From Anaerolineales bacterium (GTDB lineage Bacteria; Chloroflexota; Anaerolineae; Anaerolineales; RBG-16-64-43), in the NCBI GenBank assembly GCA_050012135.1, contig JBEKHT010000008.1:3773-67772 (forward strand): a stretch of DNA of 64,000 nucleotides. Direction: 5' to 3'. Position numbers and translations under genes: made by a program. The notes below the pieces were generated by a model. It was not told the origin of the DNA. It saw only the letters and a list, made by a program, of their open reading frames with translations, and ran no database searches. The number at the start of each line of letters is the position of its first letter. Position 1 is the stretch's first letter. Below, piece by piece: positions 1 to 8,133 of the stretch.

Positions 1-297
1 TCTTTCCGGCATGGGCCGGCCAAGCTCGAGATCCTTTTGGGAGACCGCCATGGGTGGGCGCGGCCACCGTGACTGAGGACTTACCGGCAATCCCGGCTGG
101 ATGCGAGGCGCAGGTGAGCGGGGCGGCGTGGTCCCTCACGGGCCAGGTGCCGCAAATGCGCCTCAGGCAGGGTTTCTTGATGGAGAGCGATTCTTCGTCA
201 CCGGGAGGGAGGATCCTCGCAGTCTCGGACCGATGGGATAGAATCGCGGCGCAGATTGCGCCCCGCGTCTCGGGGCGGGCCGTTGGCGGAGCCGATC

Positions 298-1725
298 ATG
301 TGGAATGAGTACTACAGTGCCAGCGAAGTGGGCGAGGTGCTCGAGATTCTCGCGACTCGGGCGGAGCGGGCTCGAATTGTCGCCGGTGCCACGGACCTGC
401 TTCTGGAGATCGAGCGAGGCGTCCGCTCCGGCATCGAAGCCCTGGTTGATATTTCCCGGATCAAGGGTCTCCGTGAGATCCACCAGGACCGCCATGGCTG
501 GATTCACCTCGGTCCCCTGGTCACGCACAATGACTGTGTGGCCTCTCCGTTGGTTCGCCAGAAGGCCTTTCCCCTGGCGCGGGCTTGCTGGGAGGTGGGG
601 GCGGCCCAGATCCGCAACCGGGGGACCGTTGTCGGAAACCTGATCACGGCCTCGCCGGCGAACGATGCAATCCCTCCTTTGATGGCCTTGGGCGCGGAGG
701 TCAAACTCCTTTCCCAGGGCGGCGAGCGGATTGTCCCACTGGAGAGTTTCTATCAGGGGGTCCGACGGACCGTCATGGATCCCTCCGAATTCCTGAGCGA
801 GGTGGCCTTTCCCGCGCTGACCGCAACCCAGAGAGGTGGCTTCTCCAAGCACGCGCTTCGAGCGGCCCAGGCCGTCTCCGTGGTGAGTGTAGCCGCGGTG
901 CTTGATCTTGATCCCGGAGGCCGGGTCGGCGGCGCGGCCATCACCCTCGGGGCAGTCGCCCCAACGGTCATCCATGCCCGAGAGGCCGAGGAGGTGCTCT
1001 TGGGGCGCCAGCTCGATCCCTCCACTGTGGCGGAGGCGGCCCGCCGAGCCGCGGCTGAGGCCCGCCCCATCTCAGACGTCCGAGCCGGTGCAGAGTACCG
1101 CCGCCACATGGTCCGGATTGGCCTGGAGTGGCTGCTTCAGCAGATTGCCCGTGGGCAGGAGCGGGCCGGTTTTCCCGAAGCCGCCCCTCTGTTGTGGGGA
1201 TCATCCCACCCCATGGCGGGGAGCCTGCCAGCCACCGTGAGCCATCGGGAAGGGGATCTCATCGCCACGCGCGTAAACGGGATCGACTACCGGGTCCAAG
1301 GGGGCATGGAAAAGACCCTGCTCCGTTTGCTGCGTGAAGATCTCGGGCTGACCGGAACGAAGGAAGGGTGCGCCGAGGGGGAGTGCGGTGCCTGCACGGT
1401 GTTTCTCGACGGGGTGGCGGTCATGGCCTGCATGATCCCGGCGGCCAGGGCCCACGGGGCCGAGGTGGTCACGGTCGAGGGTCTATCGCGAGGGGAAGAC
1501 CTGCACCCCGTTCAAAGAGCCTTTGTCGAAAAGGGTGGGGTCCAATGCGGCTACTGCACCCCGGGCTTCGTGATGTCCACAGTCAAGTTGCTTGAGGAGA
1601 TTCCCCATCCGGATCGGGAGCAGGCGGCTTGGGCCCTGGCGGGGAATCTCTGCCGATGCACGGGCTACTACAAGATACTGGATTCCGTTGAGCGGGCGGC
1701 CGAGTTGGCCGGAGGCAAGGAATGA
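298..1725 (+). CDS. Xanthine dehydrogenase-family FAD-binding subunit fused C-terminally to a [2Fe-2S] subunit (CoxM/XdhB-like plus CoxS/XdhC-like)
   Basis: The N-terminus MWNEYYSASEVGEVLEILA...IVAGATDLL is typical of molybdopterin-dehydrogenase FAD-binding subunits. The C-terminus has both ferredoxin motifs, CAEGECGACTV...C and QCGYCTPGF...CRCTGY. ATG at 298 follows GGCGGAG; the ORF track starts earlier, at 256. The stop overlaps the next start (ATGA at 1722-1725). Confidence 0.9.
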   Translation: MWNEYYSASEVGEVLEILATRAERARIVAGATDLLLEIERGVRSGIEALVDISRIKGLREIHQDRHGWIHLGPLVTHNDCVASPLVRQKAFPLARACWEVGAAQIRNRGTVVGNLITASPANDAIPPLMALGAEVKLLSQGGERIVPLESFYQGVRRTVMDPSEFLSEVAFPALTATQRGGFSKHALRAAQAVSVVSVAAVLDLDPGGRVGGAAITLGAVAPTVIHAREAEEVLLGRQLDPSTVAEAARRAAAEARPISDVRAGAEYRRHMVRIGLEWLLQQIARGQERAGFPEAAPLLWGSSHPMAGSLPATVSHREGDLIATRVNGIDYRVQGGMEKTLLRLLREDLGLTGTKEGCAEGECGACTVFLDGVAVMACMIPAARAHGAEVVTVEGLSRGEDLHPVQRAFVEKGGVQCGYCTPGFVMSTVKLLEEIPHPDREQAAWALAGNLCRCTGYYKILDSVERAAELAGGKE

Positions 1726-2081
1726 CTGGGACCTATCACATTCACCTTCCGGAAGAGCGGACTCGTCGGGAGCCGCCCAATCCCATCTGGATGGGGATCG
1801 GGTGCATCCTCGTGGTGGGGCTGCCGGCGATCGGATTCCTTGTGGCGGAATGGTTCTTGCAGGCCAACCTGCTGTACCGGTGGGTCTATTTGCCCCCGTT
1901 GGTTGCTTGGCCGCCGATCGCGCCCTATCTCGTCTTCAAAGTCGTTTTCGCCGTGATCGTAATGCTTTTTGGGCTGGCCCTTTTCTCCGCCTTGTATTCG
2001 CTGATCGCACCGCTGAGGCCGGGCAAATACGATGCGCCACCCCTCACCAAGCGGCCGCGAAGGGTCCGTCCTTGGAGATAG
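1722..2081 (+). CDS. Small predicted 2-TM membrane protein, unknown family (paralog 1)
   Basis: 119 aa with two hydrophobic helices flanked by Arg/Lys-rich tails. ATGA overlap with the upstream FAD/FeS gene. Coding-like codon pattern. Shares a gapless conserved block with the next ORF (WVxLPPxxAWPPxAPxL...ALFxxLYxLxxPxRPGxxDA). Confidence 0.65.
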   Translation: MTGTYHIHLPEERTRREPPNPIWMGIGCILVVGLPAIGFLVAEWFLQANLLYRWVYLPPLVAWPPIAPYLVFKVVFAVIVMLFGLALFSALYSLIAPLRPGKYDAPPLTKRPRRVRPWR

Positions 2082-2216
2082 GACAACTCAACCAGAAGAG
2101 GCGGGAGAGAGGTGTTGCGCCTTTCAATCCGTTGCGAGGTCTTGTAAGAGGCCGGCCTCCGCGGCAGGACCTGAGGACCCGTTGACTAAAGAACGCAGGG
2201 AGGACCAAGAATAGCC

Positions 2217-2579
2217 ATGAGATCACCCGGTCGATACCAGATGCCTTCGAAGGAGTCTGAGAAGAAAACCCAGGAATCCAGGGACCTGTGGGGGGGAGTA
2301 TTCGCGCTGCTCTTCGGCATCGCCCTCGCGGTAGGGGGGTACATCGGTGCCGACCTGATGATTGGGGCGAACAAGGTTCAGAACTGGGTGACCCTTCCGC
2401 CCGAGCTGGCTTGGCCGCCAACCGCGCCCTTCTTGGCCCTCAAACTCGCGGTGGGGTTGGTGGCGATGCTAATTGGCGGAGCACTTTTCACCGTCCTGTA
2501 TGGCTTGGCCTACCCGGTGAGGCCGGGCGCACTTGACGCCGGTCCTACGCGCCTGCGCATGCCCAAGGAGCGAAGGTAG
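2217..2579 (+). CDS. Small predicted 2-TM membrane protein, unknown family (paralog 2)
   Basis: 120 aa with the same architecture and conserved block as 1722-2081. GGGAGGA lies upstream of the ATG. The stop is 3 nt before the Mo-subunit start at 2583. Confidence 0.65.
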   Translation: MRSPGRYQMPSKESEKKTQESRDLWGGVFALLFGIALAVGGYIGADLMIGANKVQNWVTLPPELAWPPTAPFLALKLAVGLVAMLIGGALFTVLYGLAYPVRPGALDAGPTRLRMPKERR

Positions 2580-2582
2580 GCG

Positions 2583-4811
2583 ATGTCAGCCGGGGTGGTG
2601 GGCGCATCGATTCCCCGGGTGGACGCCGTCGCGAAGGTGAAAGGCGCGGCGCCTTACCCCGGCGATTTCAATCTGCCCAATCAGGCCTTCATGAAGGTCT
2701 TATTTGCGCGGCGAGCCCACGCCTTGATCCGCGCCGTGGATACACGCCAAGCCGAAGCCCAACCCGGGGTTCTGGCGGTGCTGACAGCCAAAGATGTTCC
2801 CATCAACGAGTGCGGTCTGGTCATGCCCGACCAGCCGGTTCTCTGCGGCCCTGGATCCGGCAAGGTGGGTGCCGAGCGTGTCCGCTTCGTGGGGGACAAG
2901 GTCGCGCTGGTGGTCGCGGAAAGTGAGGCCATTGCGGCGCGCGCCCTGGCGTTGATTCGGGTGGACTGCGAAGACTTGCCGGTCGTGGCCGATGCCCGGG
3001 AGGCGATGGGCCCATCCAGTCCACTGCTTTTCCCGGAGAAGGGCACCAATGTCTTCTGCCATTATCGAATCCGCAAAGGCGATGCGGAGGGCGATCTCGC
3101 CCGGGCGGAGATCGTCATTCAAGGCGAATACCATACCCCCATGCAGGAGCATGCCTTTCTGCAGCCCGAGGCCGGGGTCGCATACGTGGATGAAGAGGGC
3201 AGGCTGACCATCGTCGTCGCCGGGCAATGGACCCACGAGGATCAAGAGCAGGTCGCTCATGCTCTGGGACTGCCGAAGGAGCGGGTAAGAGTCATTTACC
3301 CGGCGATCGGTGGAGCCTTTGGGGGGCGAGAAGACATGTCCGTCCAGATCCTTCTGGCGGTTGCAGTCTATCGCCTTCAGCAGGGTGGTCTCGCCCGTCC
3401 CGTGAAGATCGTCTGGTCAAGGGAAGAGTCAATCATTGGCCACCACAAGCGCCACATTTTCCACTTCCGGACTCGCTGGGGGGCCACCCGGGAAGGGAAG
3501 CTGGTCGCGGCCGAGGTAGAGATCATTCAGGATGGGGGTGCCTACGCCTGCACCTCCACCAAGGTACTCGGTAATGCCACCTTGTTGTGCACCGGCCCTT
3601 ACGAGATCCCAAGCGTCAAGGTGGATGCCTTCGCGGTCTACACGAACAACATCCCGGGGGGGGCCTTCCGGGGATTTGGAGGCCCGCAGGGACTGTTCGT
3701 CGCTGAGACGCAGATGAACAAGCTGGCGGAGAGATTGGGTTTGGATCCCTTCGAACTCCGCGGGCGGAACCTAATCCGCGAGGGTGGGCTCCTTTCGGTT
3801 GGAACGCCCCTTCCCAAAGGGGTCAGTATGGACCGCGTGGCCCAGGCCTGTGCCGAACGCGCGGGTTGGAAGAAGACTGGGTCCGGGTGGTTTCGGGGCC
3901 CAACCGCGCAGCCCTCGTCCGCTCCCGGCCGGCATTTGCGCTATGGCCGGGGTTTCGCCTGCGGATTCAAGAATGTAGGGTTCTCGTTTGGGGCGCCCGA
4001 GCGTTCGTCGGCTACGGTGGAACTACGCGGCGGGACTCAAATTGAAGAAGCGGTCGTGCATCAGGCCGGAGCGGAGGTGGGCCAGGGCGCCCACACGGTC
4101 ATGGCTCAAATGGCGGCAGAGGCCCTTGGCCTGCCCGTGGGCAAGATACGCATGATTGTTTCCGACACAGCCCGGACCGAGGATGCGGGGTCTTCTTCGG
4201 CTTCGCGGATGACTTTCATGTCGGGGAATGCGATTCGCGGAGCGGCGCAAGCGGCTCTGGAACGGTGGAAGGCCGAGGACCGCCCCGCGCTGGGGACCTA
4301 TCTGTACCGGCCACCCCGGACCACGCCTTACGATCCGGAAACCGGAAGATCGGAACCGAACTTCGCCTACGGATACGTCGCGGAGGCAGTGGACTTGGAA
4401 GTGGATTTGGACACGGGCCAAATCAGGATCCTGAAGGTGATCTGCGCCGACGACGTGGGTCACGCCGTCAACCCGCTGATGGTCGAAGGCCAGATCGAAG
4501 GAGCCATTGTTCAGGCTCAGGGGTACGTCCTGCTCGAGAATTTCGTGACGCGGGACGGCCAAGTCCTGACCCCTCACCTCTCCACCTACCTGATTCCAAC
4601 GGCCGTGGATGTGCCTCAAAAGGTGGAAAGCATCGTCCTCGAATATCCAGATCCCCTGGGACCTTGGGGCGCCCGGGGAATGGGAGAGATGCCTTACCTT
4701 CCTTTTGCCGGCGCGGTGATCGCCGCGGTGCACGACGCGACCGGAGTCTGGTTCGATGACTTCCCACTCACTCCCGAGCGGGTGTTGCGGGGTCTTGAAA
4801 GGCTGGGCTAA
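2583..4811 (+). CDS. Xanthine dehydrogenase/aldehyde oxidase-family molybdopterin-binding large subunit
   Basis: 742 aa. The N-terminal a/b-hammerhead-type start is IPRVDAVAKVKGAAPYPGD. It has the GGAFGGRED (GGxFGG) motif and a C-terminal GARGMGEMP motif carrying the catalytic-type Glu. No Tat or signal peptide. Confidence 0.92.
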   Translation: MSAGVVGASIPRVDAVAKVKGAAPYPGDFNLPNQAFMKVLFARRAHALIRAVDTRQAEAQPGVLAVLTAKDVPINECGLVMPDQPVLCGPGSGKVGAERVRFVGDKVALVVAESEAIAARALALIRVDCEDLPVVADAREAMGPSSPLLFPEKGTNVFCHYRIRKGDAEGDLARAEIVIQGEYHTPMQEHAFLQPEAGVAYVDEEGRLTIVVAGQWTHEDQEQVAHALGLPKERVRVIYPAIGGAFGGREDMSVQILLAVAVYRLQQGGLARPVKIVWSREESIIGHHKRHIFHFRTRWGATREGKLVAAEVEIIQDGGAYACTSTKVLGNATLLCTGPYEIPSVKVDAFAVYTNNIPGGAFRGFGGPQGLFVAETQMNKLAERLGLDPFELRGRNLIREGGLLSVGTPLPKGVSMDRVAQACAERAGWKKTGSGWFRGPTAQPSSAPGRHLRYGRGFACGFKNVGFSFGAPERSSATVELRGGTQIEEAVVHQAGAEVGQGAHTVMAQMAAEALGLPVGKIRMIVSDTARTEDAGSSSASRMTFMSGNAIRGAAQAALERWKAEDRPALGTYLYRPPRTTPYDPETGRSEPNFAYGYVAEAVDLEVDLDTGQIRILKVICADDVGHAVNPLMVEGQIEGAIVQAQGYVLLENFVTRDGQVLTPHLSTYLIPTAVDVPQKVESIVLEYPDPLGPWGARGMGEMPYLPFAGAVIAAVHDATGVWFDDFPLTPERVLRGLERLG

Positions 4812-4955
4812 CGCAGCTTGCTCGGGCTTCCGGGTTCGACGGGGCACAGTGAGAAAGCACCGGACCGCAGTCCAGAGGTCCAACGGATTCCCACTTTGTG
4901 GTTCCATCTTGGAGCCGGCATGGGGGATTGGACGGCAGGTTGAGGGTCCTCCCTG

Positions 4956-5810
4956 GTGGATGATATCCATCGCTCTCACAGCCTTGGCCCCATGGGCCGC
5001 TTTCCTGTCCTGGTAAGAGGAGGCGGGGACTTGGGCACGGGCGCCGCTGCGCGGCTGTGGCATGCCGGGTTCCCGGTAGCGGTGAGCGAAGTGCCCGAGC
5101 CGCTTGCTGTCCGGTTGGGAGTTGCCCTGGCGGCGGCCGTGTGGGAGGGGAAAGTGCAGATCGAGGATTTGCGGGCCCGGATCGTGTTTTCCGCCCAAGG
5201 ACTCCGGGAAGCCTGGGATCAGGGAGAGGTTCCTGTGGCCGTAGACGCGTCCGCCGGGTTGGCAAAGGAAATCGAATTCCTTGCTGTCATTGATGCTCGC
5301 ATGACAAAGCGTGGCGGGGACGGGCCGGTCCCGCCTCATCCACTGGTGATTGGGCTGGGGCCGGGTTTTGCGGCGGGTTGGGACTGTCATGCGGTCGTTG
5401 AGACCCAGCGCGGACACGATCTGGGGCGTGTCTATTGGTCTGGAGGAGCCCAGGGGGACACGGGCCTTCCCGATTCCGTCGAGGGTCATGGCTCCGACCG
5501 AGTCCTGCGCGCCCCTGTCGAGGGACGCATGCGGGGCGTGAAGCGGATTGGCGACTGGGTTGACGAGGGGGAAGTAATCGCGCACGTTGAGGATCGGGAC
5601 GTGCGCGCTCCCTTTCCGGGGGTTCTGCGCGGCCTGCTCCATGATGGCGTGCGGGTGCCCCAGGGGACGAAAATCGGCGACCTGGACTCGCGGAGCATCC
5701 GTGAGCACTGCTTCAGCATCTCGGACAAAGCACGGGCCGTGGGCGGAGGGGTTCTCGAAGCCCTACTGGCCTCTCCTCAGTTCGCCGAACTCATCCACAC
5801 TCCCACCTAG
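4956..5810 (+). CDS. yqeB: YqeB-family selenium-dependent molybdenum hydroxylase system protein (short form)
   Basis: VLVRGGGDLGTGAAARLWHAGFPVAVSE is a Rossmann-like N-terminus, matching my recollection of the TIGR03309-type family. It lies immediately downstream of the Mo hydroxylase and upstream of yqeC. The start is either GTG 4956 (GAGGG upstream) or ATG 4992. Confidence 0.72.
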   Translation: MDDIHRSHSLGPMGRFPVLVRGGGDLGTGAAARLWHAGFPVAVSEVPEPLAVRLGVALAAAVWEGKVQIEDLRARIVFSAQGLREAWDQGEVPVAVDASAGLAKEIEFLAVIDARMTKRGGDGPVPPHPLVIGLGPGFAAGWDCHAVVETQRGHDLGRVYWSGGAQGDTGLPDSVEGHGSDRVLRAPVEGRMRGVKRIGDWVDEGEVIAHVEDRDVRAPFPGVLRGLLHDGVRVPQGTKIGDLDSRSIREHCFSISDKARAVGGGVLEALLASPQFAELIHTPT

Positions 5811-5856
5811 CTTTTCCGAACCCTCGTCCACCTCCAGGAATTCGAGGAATAGGGCC

Positions 5857-7194
5857 TTGAAGCTGAGTCGAGCCTTGCGCATTGAACCAGGAAATGTGAT
5901 CGCGCTGGTCGGTTCGGGAGGCAAGACCACGACGATGATGAAGTTGGCCGAGGAGACATCGACGGTCGCGCCGGTCCTCCTCACCACAACCACCCATCTG
6001 GCCCAGCGCGAAGCGGAACGTGTGACAAACCGCCTGGTCGCGGCTCAAGGGGATTGGGTGGGAGAGACAGGGAATCGCCTGAGGCAGGGTGCTCCTCTGC
6101 TCCTCACCGGGCCGCTCGATCAAGAGCAAGGGAAGATGGGAGGCCTTTCGCGCAAGCAGTGGGCAAAACTGATGGCCCGCATCGGGGGCCACTATCCAAT
6201 CACGATCGTCGAAGCGGATGGGGCGCGAGGGCGACCTCTGAAGGCGCCGCTCGGGCATGAACCGGAGATTCCTGCGGGAACCTCGCTGGTCGTCCTCTTG
6301 ATTGGGATGGATGGCCTCGGGCAACCGGTCGGCGACTCCAGCGTGCACAGACCGGCTCGGTTTGCCGAACTGGCGGCCGCCGGACCGGAGGCTACTATCA
6401 CCCCGGAACTCATAGGACGAGCGCTGCTGCATCGCGAAGGATACGCGGCGAAGGTCCCGCCCGGCGCCCGATTGGTGGTTTTTCTGAATCAGGCTGAGGA
6501 CCCTTCGCGCCGTGAAGCGGCCCAGGACCTGGCCCAAAGGATTCTCCAATCCCCAGCAGTTGCGGAGGTCCTCATCGGTTCAGCGATTTCATCCGATCCG
6601 GTCCAGGTGGTCAAGGGTCGGACTGCAGGCGTCGTGCTTGCTGCCGGCGGCTCCCGGCGCATGGGCGAGCCGAAGCTGCTCAAGGAATTTCGAGGGCGGC
6701 CGCTGGTGGCCCAGGCGGTTGAGCTCGCCTCGCGGACAACGGAGGAAGTGCTCGTCATCCTAGGAGCCAATCAGTCATCGATCCGCTTGGCTCTGGCAGG
6801 ACGGGATGTCCGCTTTGTTGAGAACCCCCATTGGGATCAAGGACAAAGCACCTCCGTGCGGGCGGCGGTCCATGCCCTCGGAGAAAGGTTTCACAGCGCC
6901 CTCTTCCTTCTCGGCGATCAGCCCCTCATCCCGGATCAACTCGTGCACATGCTCGTCGCACGTCATGCCCAAACCCTGTCCCCCCTGGTCGGCCCTCGGG
7001 TTGCGGGCCGGCAAGCCAACCCCGTCCTCTTTGACCAGGCGACTTGGCCGGCCCTTCTCCAGGTTCGAGGCGACGTCGGTGGGCGAGGGCTGCTCGACCG
7101 GTATCCGGTCGAGTGGATCGAGTGGCCCGACCCGAATGCTTTCCTTGACCTGGACACAGCGGAGGACTATGGGAAGCTGCTGGAACTGGAATGA
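5857..7194 (+). CDS. Fusion protein: YqeC-family selenium cofactor accessory domain plus MocA/MobA-like molybdenum cofactor nucleotidyltransferase domain
   Basis: The N-terminal half has KLSRALRIEPGNVIALVGSGGKTTTMMKLAEE (YqeC-like P-loop). The C-terminal half has AGVVLAAGGSRRMG.PKLL...LLGDQPLI (MobA-like NTP-transferase). The track ORF starts at 5587 but overlaps yqeB out of frame. TTG at 5857, preceded by GAGGAA, fits the usual YqeC N-terminus. Confidence 0.75.
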   Translation: MKLSRALRIEPGNVIALVGSGGKTTTMMKLAEETSTVAPVLLTTTTHLAQREAERVTNRLVAAQGDWVGETGNRLRQGAPLLLTGPLDQEQGKMGGLSRKQWAKLMARIGGHYPITIVEADGARGRPLKAPLGHEPEIPAGTSLVVLLIGMDGLGQPVGDSSVHRPARFAELAAAGPEATITPELIGRALLHREGYAAKVPPGARLVVFLNQAEDPSRREAAQDLAQRILQSPAVAEVLIGSAISSDPVQVVKGRTAGVVLAAGGSRRMGEPKLLKEFRGRPLVAQAVELASRTTEEVLVILGANQSSIRLALAGRDVRFVENPHWDQGQSTSVRAAVHALGERFHSALFLLGDQPLIPDQLVHMLVARHAQTLSPLVGPRVAGRQANPVLFDQATWPALLQVRGDVGGRGLLDRYPVEWIEWPDPNAFLDLDTAEDYGKLLELE

Positions 7195-7847
7195 GCGTCG
7201 CAAATATGCCCGCGGAAGGGCAGGGGCAGAGGGATCAAACGCTGAGCGTGGCAGCGGTCGTTCTGGCCGCCGGCAGATCGAACCGCATGGGGGGCCCCAA
7301 GCTTCTCTTGCCCTGGGGGCAGTCCACCGTGATTGCCGAGGTCGCAAAGGTCCTCATCGAGGCCCAGATTGATCCGGTCGTTGTGGTGACGGGCGCCCGC
7401 CGCGAGCCGGTGCTGGACGCCTTGAAAGGTCTTGCGGTGTTGCCTGCGCACAACGATCGCTACGAGAGGTTCGGGATGACGTAATCGGCTCAGGTCGGCC
7501 TGCAAATTCTCCCCGGCTCATCTTCGGCCACCCTGATTGTGCTGGGCGATCAGCCTCAGCTGGAGCCAGGGATTGTGTGCCGCTTGGTCGGGGAATGGGC
7601 CGGATCTCAATGCCCAGTTGCGGTTCCGGTCTTTGAGGGACGGCGAGGACATCCCCTCCAACTGGATCGCCGGTTGTGGCCGGAGCTTCTGGCCATGGAT
7701 CCCGCCAGGTCGATTCGCGATCTGGTTCATCGGCATCTGGATGAGCTCTGCGAAGTGGGGGTAGAGAGCTCGTCGGTTCTTGCCGATCTTGATACACCCG
7801 CCCAATACCATCAGGCTCTTCGCCAGCACAACCAGCAAGTCCGCTAG
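7191..7847 (+). pseudogene. Second MocA/MobA-like nucleotidyltransferase interrupted by an in-frame TAA (7482-7484)
   Basis: ORFs 7191-7484 and 7539-7847 are in the same frame. Read through, the sequence is ...NDRYERFGMT*SAQVGLQILPGSSSATLIVLGDQPQL..., colinear with the MocA domain of the upstream gene (NPHWDQGQSTSVRAAVHAL...LLGDQPLI). The stop falls where a conserved Ser is expected. ATGA overlap with the upstream gene. Confidence 0.7.
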
Positions 7848-8133
7848 ACTGCAGATACAGCCCGGCAGGCCCATTCTACCGCCAAGAAAATGGGCTGGGC
7901 CGCCTCGACCTGGTCTGGGTCCGCCTTTGGCATGGGGCTCCCGCCCGCAGGGCGCGCCGCGGGCGTTCGGGACCGGACCCTGGCCCGGCATTCGGTGGGG
8001 GAAGAGTCGATACGACCCGAGGTGATCCCCCGGGGGGAACCCAGCTGTGGGCGCGTCGGGCCAGCCCCCGCCCTCAATGCGAAGGCCCAGCGAGTCGAGC
8101 TTGAAGGTCCGCACCGGCTCGAACCCTCCGACG

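Noticed and set aside
1-297. Possible Moco riboswitch or promoter upstream of the hydroxylase operon
   Set aside because: Only a TAGAAT-like hexamer (about 237-242) without a matching -35 element could be seen. I cannot verify the Moco-motif consensus from memory, and the window may cut off the true 5' region.
163-975. A 270-aa minus-strand ORF at the left edge
   Set aside because: It is antisense to the well-supported FAD-subunit gene, has Arg/Gly-rich composition and shows no motifs.
4826-4850. GGGTTCGACGGGG in the spacer after the Mo subunit, checked as a possible tRNA T-arm
   Set aside because: The flanks do not form a 5-bp T-stem. No acceptor, anticodon or D-arm pairing could be drawn. 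No other GGTTCGAAT-type signature occurs outside coding regions in the window.
4023-5708. A 561-aa minus-strand ORF antisense to the Mo subunit and yqeB
   Set aside because: The same reasoning applies: low-complexity Arg/Pro/Gly-rich translation, no motifs, and it overlaps two well-supported + strand genes.
5587-5856. The 90-codon N-terminal extension of the yqeC-mocA ORF given in the ORF track
   Set aside because: It overlaps yqeB out of frame and its translation is Arg/Ser/Cys-rich noise. The YqeC-like sequence begins right after the TTG at 5857, which has a GAGGAA RBS.
7482-7484. In-frame stop in the second mocA read as selenocysteine or pyrrolysine recoding, tempting given the selenium context
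   Set aside because: The codon is TAA. Sec uses TGA with a SECIS element and Pyl uses TAG. The aligned paralog has Ser at this position. A nonsense mutation or a sequencing error is the simpler explanation.
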